Made by a program: the position numbers and the translations under genes
The notes under the pieces: model-generated
Seen by the model: only the letters and a program-made list of their open reading frames with translations
Told to the model about the DNA's origin: nothing
Databases searched by the model: none
In this document: piece after piece, positions 41,491 to 57,802 of the stretch
Layout: each line of letters opens with the position of its first letter
How positions within the stretch are numbered: the stretch's first letter is position 1
NCBI RefSeq assembly: GCF_009914755.1
Contig: NC_060926.1
DNA length: 64,000 nucleotides
Reading direction: 5' to 3' (one strand)
Source: the human T2T-CHM13v2.0 reference genome, Homo sapiens

Positions 41491-42845
41491 CATGACCAAA
41501 CAGAGTTTATCTGAGGAATGTAAGGTTGTCTAATATTCAAAAATCAGTTACTAGAATTTACTAGTTTCAAACAAACAAAAAAAACTAAAAAAAACCATAT
41601 TACCATCTCAATAGATGCAGGAAGGGCATTTGACAAAATCCAATATTTTCCATGATAAAAATCTGCAATATATAGAAATAAAAGAGAACTTCCTCAACTT
41701 GAGATATGAATCTATGAAAGACTTATAGCTAATGTCATATTTAGTGGTGAAAGGCTGAATACTTTTCTTCTAACATTAGGAACAAGACAAGGATATCATT
41801 GCTCACCACTTCCATTCAGTGTTGTACTGGAGAGCTGAAGGGTCTAGACAGTGTGGAAAGGCAAGGAAAAGAAATAAAGGACATCCATATTGGATAGGAA
41901 GAAATAAAAATTTTTTTTCAGATAACATTTATGTGGAAAACTTGATGAAATCTAATAAAAGACTAACAGAACAAATAAATGAGTTTACCCACATTGCACA
42001 ATACAAGATCAATATACAAAAGTATGTTTTTCTTGTATGTCTATGCACTGTCAATAAACAATCAGAAATTGAAATTAAAAACAATGCCATCTACAATAGC
42101 ATAAAAATATGAAATATTTAAGCATACAACTGATAAAAGGTATGAAATATCGGAACACTGAAAACCATAAAATATTGCTGACAGAAATTAAGTAAGACTT
42201 AAATAACAGTAGAGATATACCATGTTCATGGTTAAAAAGACTCAGTATTATCGTGATATCAAGTATTTCTGAATAAATGTTCAGTGCAATCTCAGTCAAA
42301 TTCTCAGCACAGGTTTTGAAAAATTCACAAGTAGATTCTAAAATTCATGTGGAAATATAAAGGAGATAAAATAGCCAAAGAAATGTTGAACAAAGAAGAA
42401 ATAGTCGATTTTACAGACTCATTTATAAAGTTACATGATAATTGTAGTATTGACATCATGATAGACAACAATGAAACAGGATAAAGTCTAGAAGCGCAGT
42501 CACACTTATTTTTAAAAAGGTGCAAAGTGGTAAAATAATAGTCATTTCAACAAATTATGGTAGAACAATTGCATATATATTTGCAAGAAAAATTAACCTC
42601 AATCCTTGCTTCTTACTACAAACAGAATTGAACTGAAAATGGATTATAGGCCTATATTTTTAAATATAAAAATGAAAACTATATAGCTTTGGGGAAAAAT
42701 AAGAAAATACTGACTTTGATTTAGGCAAAATTTTAAAGACATGGCATATAAATTGCAACCTACAAAAAGCAAATTGATAAACTGAACTTAAGAAATGAAT
42801 AATTTCAAAAATACTGTTAAGATATGAAAAAAAAGCCAAATACTC
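41491..42845 (+). mobile_element. L1M ORF2 segment (sense)
   Basis: catctcaatagatgcag...gcatttgacaaaatcc...ataccatgttcatgg; degenerate RT-region translation. Confidence 0.85.
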
Positions 42846-43202
42846 CAGTGCAATATTGAACAATAGGGGTGAAAATGGTAGTCCTCTTGTTTTTAATATT
42901 AGGGCAAAAACATTTAGGTCTTTTAATTATTACACATGATGTTTGCTGTAGCCTTTTTATTGAGATATCTTTTATCAAGTTAAGAAAGTTTCATTTCATC
43001 TTTATTTTGCTAAGAAATTTTATCAGAAATGGATGTTAGATGTTTTTGTCAATGGCTTTATTTTTTGTCTATTGAGATAAGTATATGGCTTATCCCTGTA
43101 TTTCACTTTGTTAATATATTGAATTTAAGTTTGCAATATACAACCACTCTCAAATGCTAGAATAAATTACACTTGGTCATATGTATTATAACTTTTTATA
43201 TT

Positions 43203-45430
43203 AGAAAGGGGTTTTGATGAAATTCAACATGCCTTCACATTAAAAACTCTCAACTAGGAACATACCTCAATATAATAAGAGCCATCTCTGACAAACCCAC
43301 AGCCAACATCATACTGAATGACCAGGAGCTGGAAGCATTCCCCTTGAAAACTGGCACAAGGCAAGGATTCCCTTTCTCACCACTTCTATTCAACATAATT
43401 TTGGAAGTCCTGGTCAGGGCAACGAGGCAAGAGAAAGGTATAAAATGCATCCAAATAGGAAGAGAAGAAGTCAAACTATCCCTGACCTGATTCCATGTCT
43501 AGAAAACCCCATAATCTTGGCCTCAAAGCTCCTTCAGCTGATAAATAACTTCAACAAAGTTTTTGGATACAAAATCATAGTACAGTAATCATTAGCATTC
43601 CTATACACCTGTAACAGCCAAGCTGAGAGCTGCTAAATCAGGAACACAATCCCATTCACAATTGCCACAGAAAGAATAAAATACCTAGGAATATAGCTAA
43701 CCAGGGAGGTGAAAGATCTCTACAAAAAGAACTACAAAACACTGCTCAAAGAAATCAGAGATAGCCCAAATGGAAAAACATTCCATGCTCATAGATAGAA
43801 AGAATATCATTAAAATGGCCATACCGCCCAAAGCAATATATAGATGCAATTCCATTCCTATCAAACTACCAATGACGTTCTTTACAGAACTAGAAAAAAA
43901 CTATTTTAAAATTCATATGGAACCAAAAAATAGCTTGAATAGCAAAGGTGATTCTAAGCAAAAGGAACAAAGCAGGCTGCATCGTGCTACCAGACTTCAA
44001 ACTATACTGCAGGGACTACAGTAAACCAAACAGCATGGTACTGGTACAAAAACAGACACATAGACTAATGGAACAAGTTAGAGAGCTCAGAAATAATGCT
44101 ACATACCTACAGCCATCTGATCTTCAACAAAGCTGACAGAAACCAACAATGGGGAAAGTACTCTCTCTATTCAATAAATGATGCTGGGATAACTGGCTAG
44201 CCATATAAGGGAGATTGAAACTGGGCCCTTTCCTTATACCACATACAAAAATTAACTCAAGATGAATTAAGGACTTAAATGTTAAACCCAAAACTATAAA
44301 AACCCTGGAAGACAACCTAGGCAGTATCATTCTGGACATAGGAACTGGCAAAGATTTCCTGACAGAGACATCAAAAACAATTACAACAAAAGCAAAAACT
44401 GACAAATAGAATCTAATTAAACTAAAGAAAACTGCAAAAGAAACTCAACAGAGTAAACAGACAATCTACAGTATGGGAGAAAATGTTTGCAAACTATGCA
44501 TCCGACAAAGGTCTAATATCCCACATCCATAAGGAACTTAAACATATTAACAAGAAAAAACAAACAACCTCATTAAAAAGTGAGAAAAGGATGTGAAAAG
44601 ACACTTTTCAAAAGAAGACATGCATGCAGTCAACAAGAATTTGGGAAAAAAAAAAGCTCAATATCACTGATTAGTAGAGAAATGCAAATAAAAATCACAA
44701 TGAGATACCATATCACACCAGTCAGAATGGCTGTTATTAAAATGTCAAAAAGTAACAGATGCTGGTAAGATTTCAGAGAAAAGGGAATGCCTATACACTG
44801 CTGGTGGGAATTTAAATTAGCTCCACCATTATGGAAATCCGTTTGGCGATTTCTCAAGGATGTTAAAACAGATCTATCATTGAACCCAACAATCTCATTA
44901 TTGGGCATATATCAAAAGAACTATAAATTTTTCTACCATAAAGATACATGCATGTGTATGTTCATCATACCACTATTCACGATAGCAAAGACATGGAATT
45001 AACCAAAATGCCCATCAATAGTGGACTGGATAAAGAAAATGTGGCACATATACACCATGAAATACTACACAGCCATAAAAAGAATGAGATCATGTCCTTT
45101 GCCGCAGCATGGAAGGAGCTGGAGGCCATAGGTGAACTAATATAGGATCATAAAACCAAATACCACATGTTCTCACTTACAAATGGGAGCTAAACATTGA
45201 GTACACATAGACACAAAGGAGGGAACAATAGACACTAAAGCTTACTTGAGGATGGAGGGTGGGAGGAGGGAGAGTAGCAGAGAAAATAACTCTTGGGTAA
45301 TAATAAGCTTAGTACCTGTGTGACAAAATAATCTGTACAATAAACCTCTGAGACACAAGTTTACCTATATAACAAACCTGTACATGTACCACTGAACCTA
45401 AAATAAGTTTTTTAAAAGAAAACAAAAATA
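43203..45430 (+). mobile_element. 5'-truncated old L1PA (L1PA13-16-like), about 2.2 kb
   Basis: ORF2 RT and C-terminal remnants ([33 protein letters not shown]), 3'UTR, A tail; degenerate TSD ataactttttatat/ataattttgtatat. Confidence 0.93.
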
Positions 45431-46114
45431 ATAATTTTGTATATCATTGGATTTGATGTGCTATAATTTTGTTTAGAATATTTGCATCTTTGTTCATAAG
45501 TGATATCTGTTTTTTTCCTGTAATGTATTTTTACAGCTGTGATATTAGGATAAAAGTAGCCTCCTATAATGGGTTGAAAAGTATTTCATTTCTTTAACTT
45601 TCTGGAAGAATGTATGAAGAATTGGTGTTGTATCTTCCTTAAATATTTGATAGATTTCACCTGTGAAACCATCTGAAATTGAAAATTTCTTTGTGGAAGG
45701 TTTTACATTATAAATTCAGTTCCTTTAATGATGTATATTAATAAGGCAATTTATTTCTTCTTAGAAAATCTTTGATTGTTTGTGGCCTTAAAGAATTTTC
45801 CAGTTTCATCTATATGTCACATTTATTGGCATAAAGTTGTTCAAAACATTTCCTTGTTACCCTTTCAATATCTATAATATCTGTAGTGATGTCACCTCAC
45901 CTCTCTCATTCTGGATGTTGTTAATTTATAACTTATCTCCTAATCAGTCTGACTAGAGATTTATCAATATTATTGATGTTCTCAAAGAGCCAGCTTTGGG
46001 TTTCATTAATTTTCCCATCTGTTTTCCTGTTTTGTATTTCATTGACTCCTGCTCTAAACTTTACTATTTCCTGTTCCTATTTTCTGTTTATGTTGGGTTG
46101 AATTTGACTTTCTT

Positions 46115-46118
<4 letters not shown>

Positions 46119-46161
<43 letters not shown>
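46119..46161. repeat. (TG)n microsatellite
   Basis: Seen directly. Confidence 0.97.
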
Positions 46162-46163
<2 letters not shown>

Positions 46164-46242
46164 AAGTTGAGACTATTGATTTCAGACCTTTTTTCTGTTC
46201 TACTTTAGGCATTTATTAGGTTGGATTTTCCCGCTTTTTTCT

Positions 46243-47399
<1,157 letters not shown>

Positions 47400-47419
47400 G
47401 ATTTTCCTGCTTTTTTCTA

Positions 47420-48190
47420 CGCCTGGTAAGTTTTGATTGGATGCCAGCCATTGTATAAGCATTGCCTTGTTGGGTGTTGGATAATTTTGAACCTTTAATA
47501 ATATTCTTGAGCTCTATTCTGGGGCACACTTAAGTTACTTAGAAGCAGTTTGATCCTTTTGGTATTCGTATATAAGATTTGTTAGGCAGAAACAGGACAG
47601 TGATCGTTACAGAGATAATTATTTTTCTCTATGGAGACAAGACCTTTCTCAGCACTCTTCCAAATGACCCATGAATTTTTCCAATCTTGCTGATGGGAAG
47701 AGTTACTAATCCTGGCCCGGTGTGTATGAAAATAACAGTGCCAGGTTAGGCACTGGTTATTTTAACCCTTTTCAGGTATTCTTTTCCAGCCTTGGGTAGC
47801 TTCCTCAGACATGTGCTGATGATTACTCAACTGAGTACTTGAGGAGGGTCCTCTGCAGCTCTCTGGAGTTCCCTTTATTTGCAGATTCCCCCTTCCCAGG
47901 ATTTTCTTCTGTGAACTCTAGCTGCTCTCCCTGGACTCTCAGCTCTATCTCCTTAACTCAGAGATAAGGTTCTGCCTCAGTTTCTTTTTTCTGCATCACA
48001 GCTTGGAAACTCTCTCAAGGCATTTAGCTGGGCAATTATAGGGCTCACCTTTTATGTTTCTCATCACTCAGGGGTGATTGATCTTTTTTACTGATATCTA
48101 ACATCTTGAAACTATTCTACTATTTATTTTGACCATTTTTTATTGCTCCAGATGGATAGGTAGATGCAATCTCTGCTACTCTATCATGGA
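47420..48190 (-). mobile_element. Ancient L1M 5'-region fragment
   Basis: gcctggtaagttttgattggatgccag...ctctctggagttc...tagggctcacct. Confidence 0.55.
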
Positions 48191-50749
48191 CTAGTTACAA
48201 AACTTATGTAGAAGAATGTAAATGCTGGGAAAAAGTACTAAAAATGCCTCATTGAGGGCATCAGAGAGATACCATGGCAGGATGGACTTGCTAATAGCCA
48301 AGAGAAAGTCAATCTCTGAATTTTCTGTGGCTGAGAAGGAAACCTGATTTGAGACTTCTGTTTCTGGCCATGATTCTGAGAGCAGAATTCCTGCTGTGCA
48401 GCAAATGTCTTATCTTTATACCTTATCATTTTTAAATTCTTGACACATCCTCCAAGACACTGAGTAATCTTTCTAGCCCTAATTGGAATAACTCAACAGA
48501 TATTCCTTTAGTGACAATTGTGTGTAAGGTCTTATATGAAGCAATGTGAGAGACCACAAAATGATGAAAGATTTTGTCATTATTCACATAGATTTTTAAG
48601 TACTTAATTCAAGAAATAATAATTAATTGGGGTAAATATATAATAACGCAGTGTATCTAATAATGTTATCAGCCACTTAAGTGCTTAACAAAACATAGGG
48701 GTAACATATTTGTAAAAGTATTTGCACTTATGTTGTCAAGACAAACTTTTGTTACTTGTAGGTATAAATAGAGCTATTAAAACATCAAATTATTATACTA
48801 ATTCAGTTTCCTAGAGGAAAACCAAAACTTGTAAAATAAAAATATTTTTATAAAGTGTAGCCTTCATTTTTTCCTACTAATTAATTTATATTACATGAAT
48901 ATGTTGAGTGCCTACAATGTTGTTCTAGGCCCTTAGGTGGCAAAAATCACTGAAGCAAAATTAAACACAAATCTATAAGTTAATGCACAAATATATTCAT
49001 ATTAATATTAAAAATAAAACTTTAAATAACAAAATTAGATTTTTCTAATTTAAAACTTTAAATGAAAAAACAAAATAAGATTTCTCTAATTTTATTTTGG
49101 TTAGATTGATATAAATTAACATTCATCAGAGTAATCATTTGTGAACTCACACAAATGTGTACACATGCATATACACAAATAGACACAAAATGTTACTTTA
49201 GAGTTAAACAGAAGAACAAGGACACATAATTAGGAGTCAGGAAAGAATTTGGTTATTAGAGCTTTCAATGTCATGCAAGATACTGAAGTATATATCTATG
49301 AAGGCTTAGGAGTACTGAGTTTAGTTTTTTTTTTTAATTAAAAAGTTTTAAGCTTTTATCTTAGAAATATTCTTCTTTAAAATTGGGTGAAAAGTAATAC
49401 AAATAAATTTTAGGTGACTCTCAAGTGCTAGTCTATTGACATTGCTGAATGCCTTTCAAAGCTGAAGATTTTGCCCTTTGCAGACATCTTTTGCACCACT
49501 AGAGTAGGTGTTTCACTTTTTAACTAAAGTTAACCAATTGCTAGTCAGTTATGAATTTTTCTGTCCTTCAAAAGGTTCACATAGGGCATGTGCCTCAAAA
49601 CCATAGGGAACTAAACACACTGAAGCTTTGAGGCCCCCAGTGATCCACATTTCAGTCAGGATACAGTCAGAATTTTCAATTATTTCTCTGAACAAATATT
49701 TGAGATTAATTGAGAGGCTAAGGATAGAATTTGTAAAAAAACTTTTACTTGTCTTCAGTTGACAAATCAGATTCAGAAAGTTCAATCAAATAACCAGGTC
49801 AAAGCTGCCCAACATTTTTTAGTAGTGTGGTAATAGTTTTTATATATTGTCATTCATATTTATGCCAAACATCTCTGCACAGAGCTTCCCTTGCAAGTAT
49901 GATTTTAAAGTTGAAGAAAATGGTAAATTTTCTTTCAAAAGCATTTTGGGTAACAGATTTATGAGAACATTTTTCTTCTAAAAAGAAGGATACTCAGTTA
50001 TGAAACTTTAATTTCAAATTATACACTCCACTCAAAGACTATAAGGTTCTTAATAGCCATGACTTTGTGAAAAATATTACTTTCGTGTTATACTCATATT
50101 CCATCCTTCCAGTCTGCTTTTAGACTTTAGAGAAATGAATATAGTGGCCTTAATAGGTTCAGGGATTTCCCTAGGTACATAAAGAAAAATAACAATCTCT
50201 TTTTTGATATATAGATACATGTATATATGACTATATAGCTTTATGACTATAAGCCTATGTGTATGTGTATGCATGTGAGTATATGTATAGAGAGATCTTG
50301 GTTCACTACATCAATTGTGAAGCCAGATAAAGTATAACAAGGAATTCATAATGTTCAGACATTCATTTAAACAAATTCTTTATTCCATAAACATTGCCTT
50401 AGCCTTCAAATATAAATAGGGAAAGATGAACTGTTCATATCATCTCTCCAGATGTTTTGTGTTTTGAGACTGCATATCACAGCTGGGCCAGGGATCTCTG
50501 AATCCTGGGAAACTTGGAACTCTGGAACTCAGCTTGATCAAAGAGAAGGTTCTTTAGCTCTCAGGTGGAAGCAGGTAGACTCCATTTTCTGCATTTGTAC
50601 CCATAAAGCAAAATTCTTCATTAAGCAGTAGTTTCGGGGAGAAAAATTGATACAACTATTATATCCTGAATTGCATTTTTAAAATCTTAGTGAGTTTAGC
50701 TATCTGATATTATCTTTTTGTCTGTTGGACTAACTACTGATGAGAATGT

Positions 50750-50926
50750 CTGTGTGTGTGTGTGTATATATATATGTATATGTGTATATATGTATATGTA
50801 TATATCCACATGTGTGTATATATATAGATAAATATATGTGTGTATATATAGACATATATGCATTTATGTGTGTATATAGACATATATGCATTTATGTGTG
50901 TATATAGATAGATACACACACATATA
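50750..50926. repeat. (TG)/(TA) low-complexity tract with a 28-30 bp higher-order unit
   Basis: tgtgtgtatatagacatatatgcattta occurs about twice plus a partial copy. Confidence 0.9.
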
Positions 50927-51339
50927 CACTGAAAATCTCTGGTCTCTAAGGCTTAATCTAGTCACAGTTATTAGTGGACCTCATTAAAATTAGTTCTTGA
51001 GGTTAAAAAAGTCCAAATACATTAATTACTCATTGAATTGGAGCATTTGTTAATATTCTGATTGAGGTTTTATCTTCATAAAAGAAGCTCAATTATTCTC
51101 TTGGGCAGGGGTTTATGATTTAAAGTTTTTGGAATAGTGACTAAGGTCCCAAGGAAACTCTGAGATAACCAAGGTTGATCATGAAATTGCCCTTTATAAT
51201 AAAATGATATTTAATATCGGGTGTGTGGAGGGATAACTGGTGTTTTAAAAGACTCAGAAGCGCTGGGCATTTTGTGGAGGATGAGTAAAAGATGGAAGAA
51301 AAAACTTATTTGGCTGTTTGGTAAAGAAATGACTGTAAG

Positions 51340-51510
51340 CATTATTTTCTCAATGTGACAATACATCATAATCTCTGGGGTGCCTGATAAAAGTCCAGAT
51401 TCTTCAGCCTCCTCCCATACCTATTAGATCAAAATCTCAAGACATGAAGCTTCCTGATCTGCATGTAATGGACGTCACAGGCAATATACACAAAAACTTG
51501 AGAACCACTG
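51340..51510. mobile_element. MER5-like hAT-Charlie DNA transposon
   Basis: ataatctctgggg...cagattc...atcaaaatctc...tctgcat...ttgagaaccactg terminal motif. Confidence 0.7.
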
Positions 51511-52353
51511 GAAGAGGGAAAACAGAGATGTCAGGTGCGATTTAGGGAAAATAGGGAGGTACACTGGTACAATGTGAATGTATCTTCAGTAAAGATAACT
51601 CTAATTTTGAAATGCTAGATGGGAAAGGATTTCTTGTGGAAATCAGCAAAATAATTGAGTTCTGCTGACTAATTTATGCAAGGCCCAAATAGCCCATGTG
51701 ATTGAAAGGGAATTGTCATCTAAATTACGCTAAAAAAATTTGAGTTCATGTTTTGCTTAAGAAAAATTTTCTTAAGAAAAATTTTCTGTAATATGAATTT
51801 ATTATTTTGTTAGGAAGAACAGTCAAGGGCAGATAATCTAATTTTTCTTTGCTGATTGAAGATCTTGCACTTTCTCTAGGCCATGATTGTGATGATCATC
51901 ATTTTACATTTGTCAGTGATGATAACAGTAGGTGTAAATACAGTAGGAGATTGGGCTAAATATGTATTGATGTCTACAGTACTCACAGAGAGTAAATGGT
52001 CTCAGGAAGGTGCTAAAAGTGTTGAATGACTTGGAGTCTGTATTTCCACAACCACCGAGCATGTGAACAGGGCTGGAATGAGACTCTGTCAAGATAGCCA
52101 AGCCCCCATTTAGTCAAGTCATGGAACTAACCTGAAAAAAAGAAGATGCAAAAAAAAAAAGAAGATGATGAAAGCAAGGAGCGCCATGGCACATGGGCAC
52201 TGAGCTCAGTTCTGCACTAATTTGAAATAGAAATAGATTATCTTTTGTCCTCAGTTTGTTGTTCCTAACAGAGAGTGTAGTTCCGTGCACTATGCCAAGC
52301 AGCAACTACCTAAAAATGACTCGAAACATGAACTTAACTGATGTACGTAGGTG

Positions 52354-52356
<3 letters not shown>

Positions 52357-52384
<28 letters not shown>
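52357..52384. repeat. (GT)n microsatellite
   Basis: Seen directly. Confidence 0.95.
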
Positions 52385-52669
52385 TCACTAAATTTCTGAT
52401 GTAGACATCTTTTGCATGGGAACAGAGAATGCTCTGGTTAGTTGTCGGTCAGTTAATGGGGAACAAAGCATGCACTCTTTTCTTTTTTGCTCACATTTTG
52501 CTGGCTATTCTTTAGAATGTCTATTCTAGGATAAGAGAAATGGTCTTTCACTACAGTAAAAAGAAGAGGAATCAAGGCTGAATAAAGACAATAGCCAAAG
52601 GAGCTTTCACCACTGAATGAAATAACATCCACACAAGTTTGTGGATCAAATTGCTCATTTCTTTTTTAC

Positions 52670-53868
<1,199 letters not shown>

Positions 53869-55539
53869 AAACAGGTTTTGTTATTCACTACTTGTACTAG
53901 CTACTAATATATTGAATGTAATAAAATATTTGGGAAGAAAAACGCTTTAAAAATAACTTTTTTTTCATCTGTTTGTGTGTGAAGGAGGGGGAGGTAGCAA
54001 AGCTACAGGCCCCAAATGTGTTGATATCATTATCTTCATTCTCTTGGTTCAAAAGTATTAACACTGTGATATTTAGATTATTACCACGGTCTACATTAAC
54101 CAGATGAAATCTTCTCTCATGCCTCAGGTGAAAACAGGTATTGAGTGAGAAGGATTTAAATATAAACTCCTGGCATTTTCTCCACCTTGGGCCTGTAGAA
54201 ACCTTGTCTGTAATTGCCTCTTCATTTTCCAGCACCTATGTTTTAGTTGCCATCACAGACATCAACTAAATCTTGAGAATCTTTCCTCACCTGACCTTGA
54301 CTGATTAGTGAGAGAGCAAAGATAATAAAACTTGCAATATGAATTTGCGTCATAATCTGGAACTAGGCTTCATGTTGAAGGACAATGAAATTATAAAGCA
54401 TTGTGACTGGTTCTGTTGAAAATAATAATTCAGCAACTGCAGCCATAGCTCACTCAATGGTTCAAGAAAGCTGGAGCAGCAATTATGTGACTGATTAAGA
54501 TTTAAGGTAAATACCTGAGAGAGTAGTGTCTTCTTCCCAGAAGCTGGAGAGGTGAGATTGGATCTGCTGCTGCCCTCCTTGTAGTGAGCCGAACTGGCAA
54601 TGTCAGGGGAGCTGGAGACTACGTGCCTAACTCTAGCCACTCTCCAACTTCTTCCTGACTTGCCTTGGCCTTTTTCCAGAGCAAATGAATTGACTCTTGG
54701 TTGCCCTAGGACCTCACTTCTGCCTCTTTCTGCTACTTTCTTTGTTTTTGTTCCCCATACACTGTGGGAGCTGCGAAGGTGGGATCACACTATGTTCACC
54801 CCTCTCTCTGTAGCCTAGGATCCAACATTCTGGAGACGCCCCCAACAACAGGATGAAGGAAGCAATGATAATTTTTTTTAAAGTCACAATATTTCATCAA
54901 TTTCTATCAAAGATTGAGTCAATAGGTGTAGTTCATGTATTCCCAAATTAAGGAACAAATCTAGGCGTGTCAGAGACCCCAACAGAAAATAATAAACTTA
55001 ATTTTATGAATTCAACCATTTCATATCAGTAGAAACTGTTTAAAATTAAAAGCAGCATTTAATTAGAAATAAGGCAGCAAGTTGCAACAAAAAGACATTA
55101 TTCAAGGGCAGAGAATTGGGGAAAGGGATGGGATAGGATGAAATGGAATGGAAAAGATTGGAACAAAACAGTTCCCAGGAAACCAGGTCGATTTTTCCCC
55201 ATCATTTATATTGGTCTTTCGCTCTGTGAGACAAATGAGCCATTTACTTCTAACTCATAGATTAGATTGTATCTTGGAGATGTTCAATTTTGATTTTAGT
55301 TTTCTTGATGATCAGTTCCTGAGTGAGATGCAGGGGAAATAATCAGAAAAATCCAATGTGCAGGCACCTGGCTCCACTGAGCCATGACCACTCTAAGATT
55401 CAGAGCTAGAGGTCAAAGGATGCAGGTGTCTCTTTCAAAACACACATATGCCCACAGGTTCCCCTCCAAAGGTCCCAACTAATAAAAAGCCCAAACTGGC
55501 CACTCCAAAGACTATATGGCTTTTAGACCATTTTCTCTG

Positions 55540-55920
55540 ATACTCCAAACGATTTCCTGATTCCATGCCTTTGCACCAGATGCCCGCTCTGACTACAATG
55601 TCCCCTTGCCCTCCTACAGCTAGCTGTTTCTTATGATTCAACTCAAATATCATGTTCTCAGGGTGGACTTCCCAGGCATTCTATTTAATATTAAACTCCT
55701 ACTCTCCAGAACCTTTCTCTCCATGGCAATGCTCTTGTTAGTTTGTCTGTGGTTCTCAGTAATAGAAACTATGTTATTTGTATATATGTACTACCTGTCA
55801 TTCCCCACTGGAATATAAGCCCTAGGAAAACAGGGATTCTGTCCTAGTCATCATTGTATCAGTACTGATGCATGGTAGGCACCTAATACCTATTGGATGA
55901 ATGGATGGATGGATGGATGG
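55540..55920 (+). mobile_element. L2 3' end with (TGGA)n tail
   Basis: ccatgcctttgcac...caactcaaatatc...cactggaatataagccc...catggtaggcacctaata...tggatgaatggatgg. Confidence 0.85.
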
Positions 55921-57467
55921 CTACGTATAGAACCTCAGGTCTAGTTTTTTGCTTATCTGTTTGTTTGCTTTGCCAAGAGTAGGACAACCCTTTGCATCAG
56001 TCTTTACTCTCAGTATCTTATCACTTAAGTGAATTTTGTTTAAACACAGTAAGACAGTGCATATGCTCTCCTTGGGAATTAATGAAACAGAAAATAGCAA
56101 AAGGGAGACACAGGTTCTGCCCTCAGACAAATTACTGGATGGGGGTAATAAGAAGGTGGCTGCCATCAGAGAAAAAGGCAAGTACCCTACCTGAGATGTA
56201 GGTAACACTAATTATATCTCAGGTACAAGAAGGAGGTAAAGTTGAAACGCCAAACCAGTGTTTGGATGGAAGCCCTACAAGAACTGCTGAATATCAGACC
56301 CCTAAAGCTATCCAACAGGAGGTCACAGTTCTATCTTGGTTTTACATGCTTGTAAAGGAATGTCTAGATAAAAGCAGCTTTCACACAAAAGCATGAAGAA
56401 TCCGTGTCTCTGGAGTCTGAGTAATGTTTTGTTAAATTTTGAGTAGTTTAATGTCAAGACAGAGAAGCTCAATGAGATTAATAGCTGAAAATGGAGGGTG
56501 GGGGAGAACATCAAACTAGAGAATGAAGCTGAATCATGTTTAGCCAGGGGTAACAGGGGTGAGAGGATTTATGAGTGTTTCCAAATTGCTGAGATTGACG
56601 TTCCTCTTAAGTTTATCTTGTTTCTCAATATTACAATTATTAAAAAAGAAAAAAAAGCTACATGAGAGTTTTTTGACTATCACCCAAACAATTAAATATC
56701 TCAATTCCAGACTGGTTTATATTCTGAAACTTGTTCAGAGAAAACTCTAACATGAATAGATGTTACTCACCAAAGGCCTGATTAATGAAAGGAGAGCCGT
56801 GGCATTGACTGAGAGAGGACATTGTTCTGCAATTAGGGCACAAATGACCTTTCACTCTTCTGGCTGCAGATTATTTACTTTGGCCATATTTAGAATAACT
56901 TGATATATGACAAGATTTATGAAACTTGGACAAAACTTCCAAAGTATATACAAGTGCTGCTGACAATATGGGATCTTTCAGTACAGTCTGCATGGAAACA
57001 AAGCCACACATTTCCATAGAGCAACCAAAGAGCTGTGTTAAAATTTCCCTATAAGCACGATCTTTTCTCATGTTAGCCCCCATTTGCTTAAATCACTTTC
57101 CGTTAATGCTGGGTATTAGCAAAGATTACTGGATGGTATGAATGTCCCGACCACAACAGTGGCTCTGTGTACACATGCCTATGCACAGATATGCATATAT
57201 ATATACACTTATGAATATATACAGAATAAATGCAAAATAAAGTTGGCAAGTAGAAAATTTGGTTGCACCAAGTCTTAGTGTTGGAAGCTTATAAATAAAG
57301 TTTGGCTTTTTAAACTAAATTGAATTGCCTTTCAAACTAAAGTCAGAGAGTTGATTTTTGTCTTTGAAGACAGAACCATTTTGTACAATATACCCTTTAG
57401 TGCTTAAGTTTTGGTACTTCTTCCAACCTATTTTGTGTGTGTGTATCTGAGAGTAAGCCTTCCCTTC

Positions 57468-57795
57468 TATTTATTTATTTATTTATTTATTTATTATTTA
57501 TTTATTTATTTTTTGAGACGGAGTCTTGCTCTGTCACCCAGGCTGCAGTGCAGTGGCCCAGTCTTGCCTCACTGCAAGCTCCGTCTCCTGGGTTCACGCC
57601 ATTCTCCTGCCTCAGCCTCCTGAGTAGCTGGGACTACAGGCACCCACCACCAGGCCCGGCTAACTTTTTGTATTTTTAGTAGAGACGGGGTTTCACCGTG
57701 TTAGCCAGGATGGTCTCGATCTCCTGACCTCGTGATCCGCCCGCCTTGGCCTCCCAAAGTGCTGGGATTACAGGCGTGAGCCACCGTGCCTGGTC
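57468..57795 (-). mobile_element. AluY inserted in the tail region of an L1PA
   Basis: gcaagctccg, ggttcacgccattc, ccgtgttagccaggatggtctcgatc; (TTTA)n tail; short TSD (c)tatttat. Confidence 0.96.
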
Positions 57796-57802
57796 TATTT
57801 AT

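Larger units (their letters stand above)
42846..46223 (-). mobile_element. L1M ORF2 (antisense) split by the L1PA at 43203-45430
   Basis: Host register acttggtcat...tatat resumes as atatcattggatttg after 45430. Confidence 0.75.

Noticed and set aside
50750-50926. Repeat array as CRISPR-like
   Set aside because: Low-complexity dinucleotide expansion with no unique spacers, in eukaryotic context.
54350-54640. 96-aa minus-strand ORF, donor CAG|gtattt, and a + strand 11-nt microexon (cag|aagctggagag|gtgaga)
   Set aside because: GTG start, no recognised homology, weak donor; the microexon is not frame-preserving and has no supporting partner exon.
56870-57135. Possible + strand exon after ttcactcttctggctgcag
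   Set aside because: Stops in all three frames within about 35 nt; nothing supports it beyond a chance acceptor.
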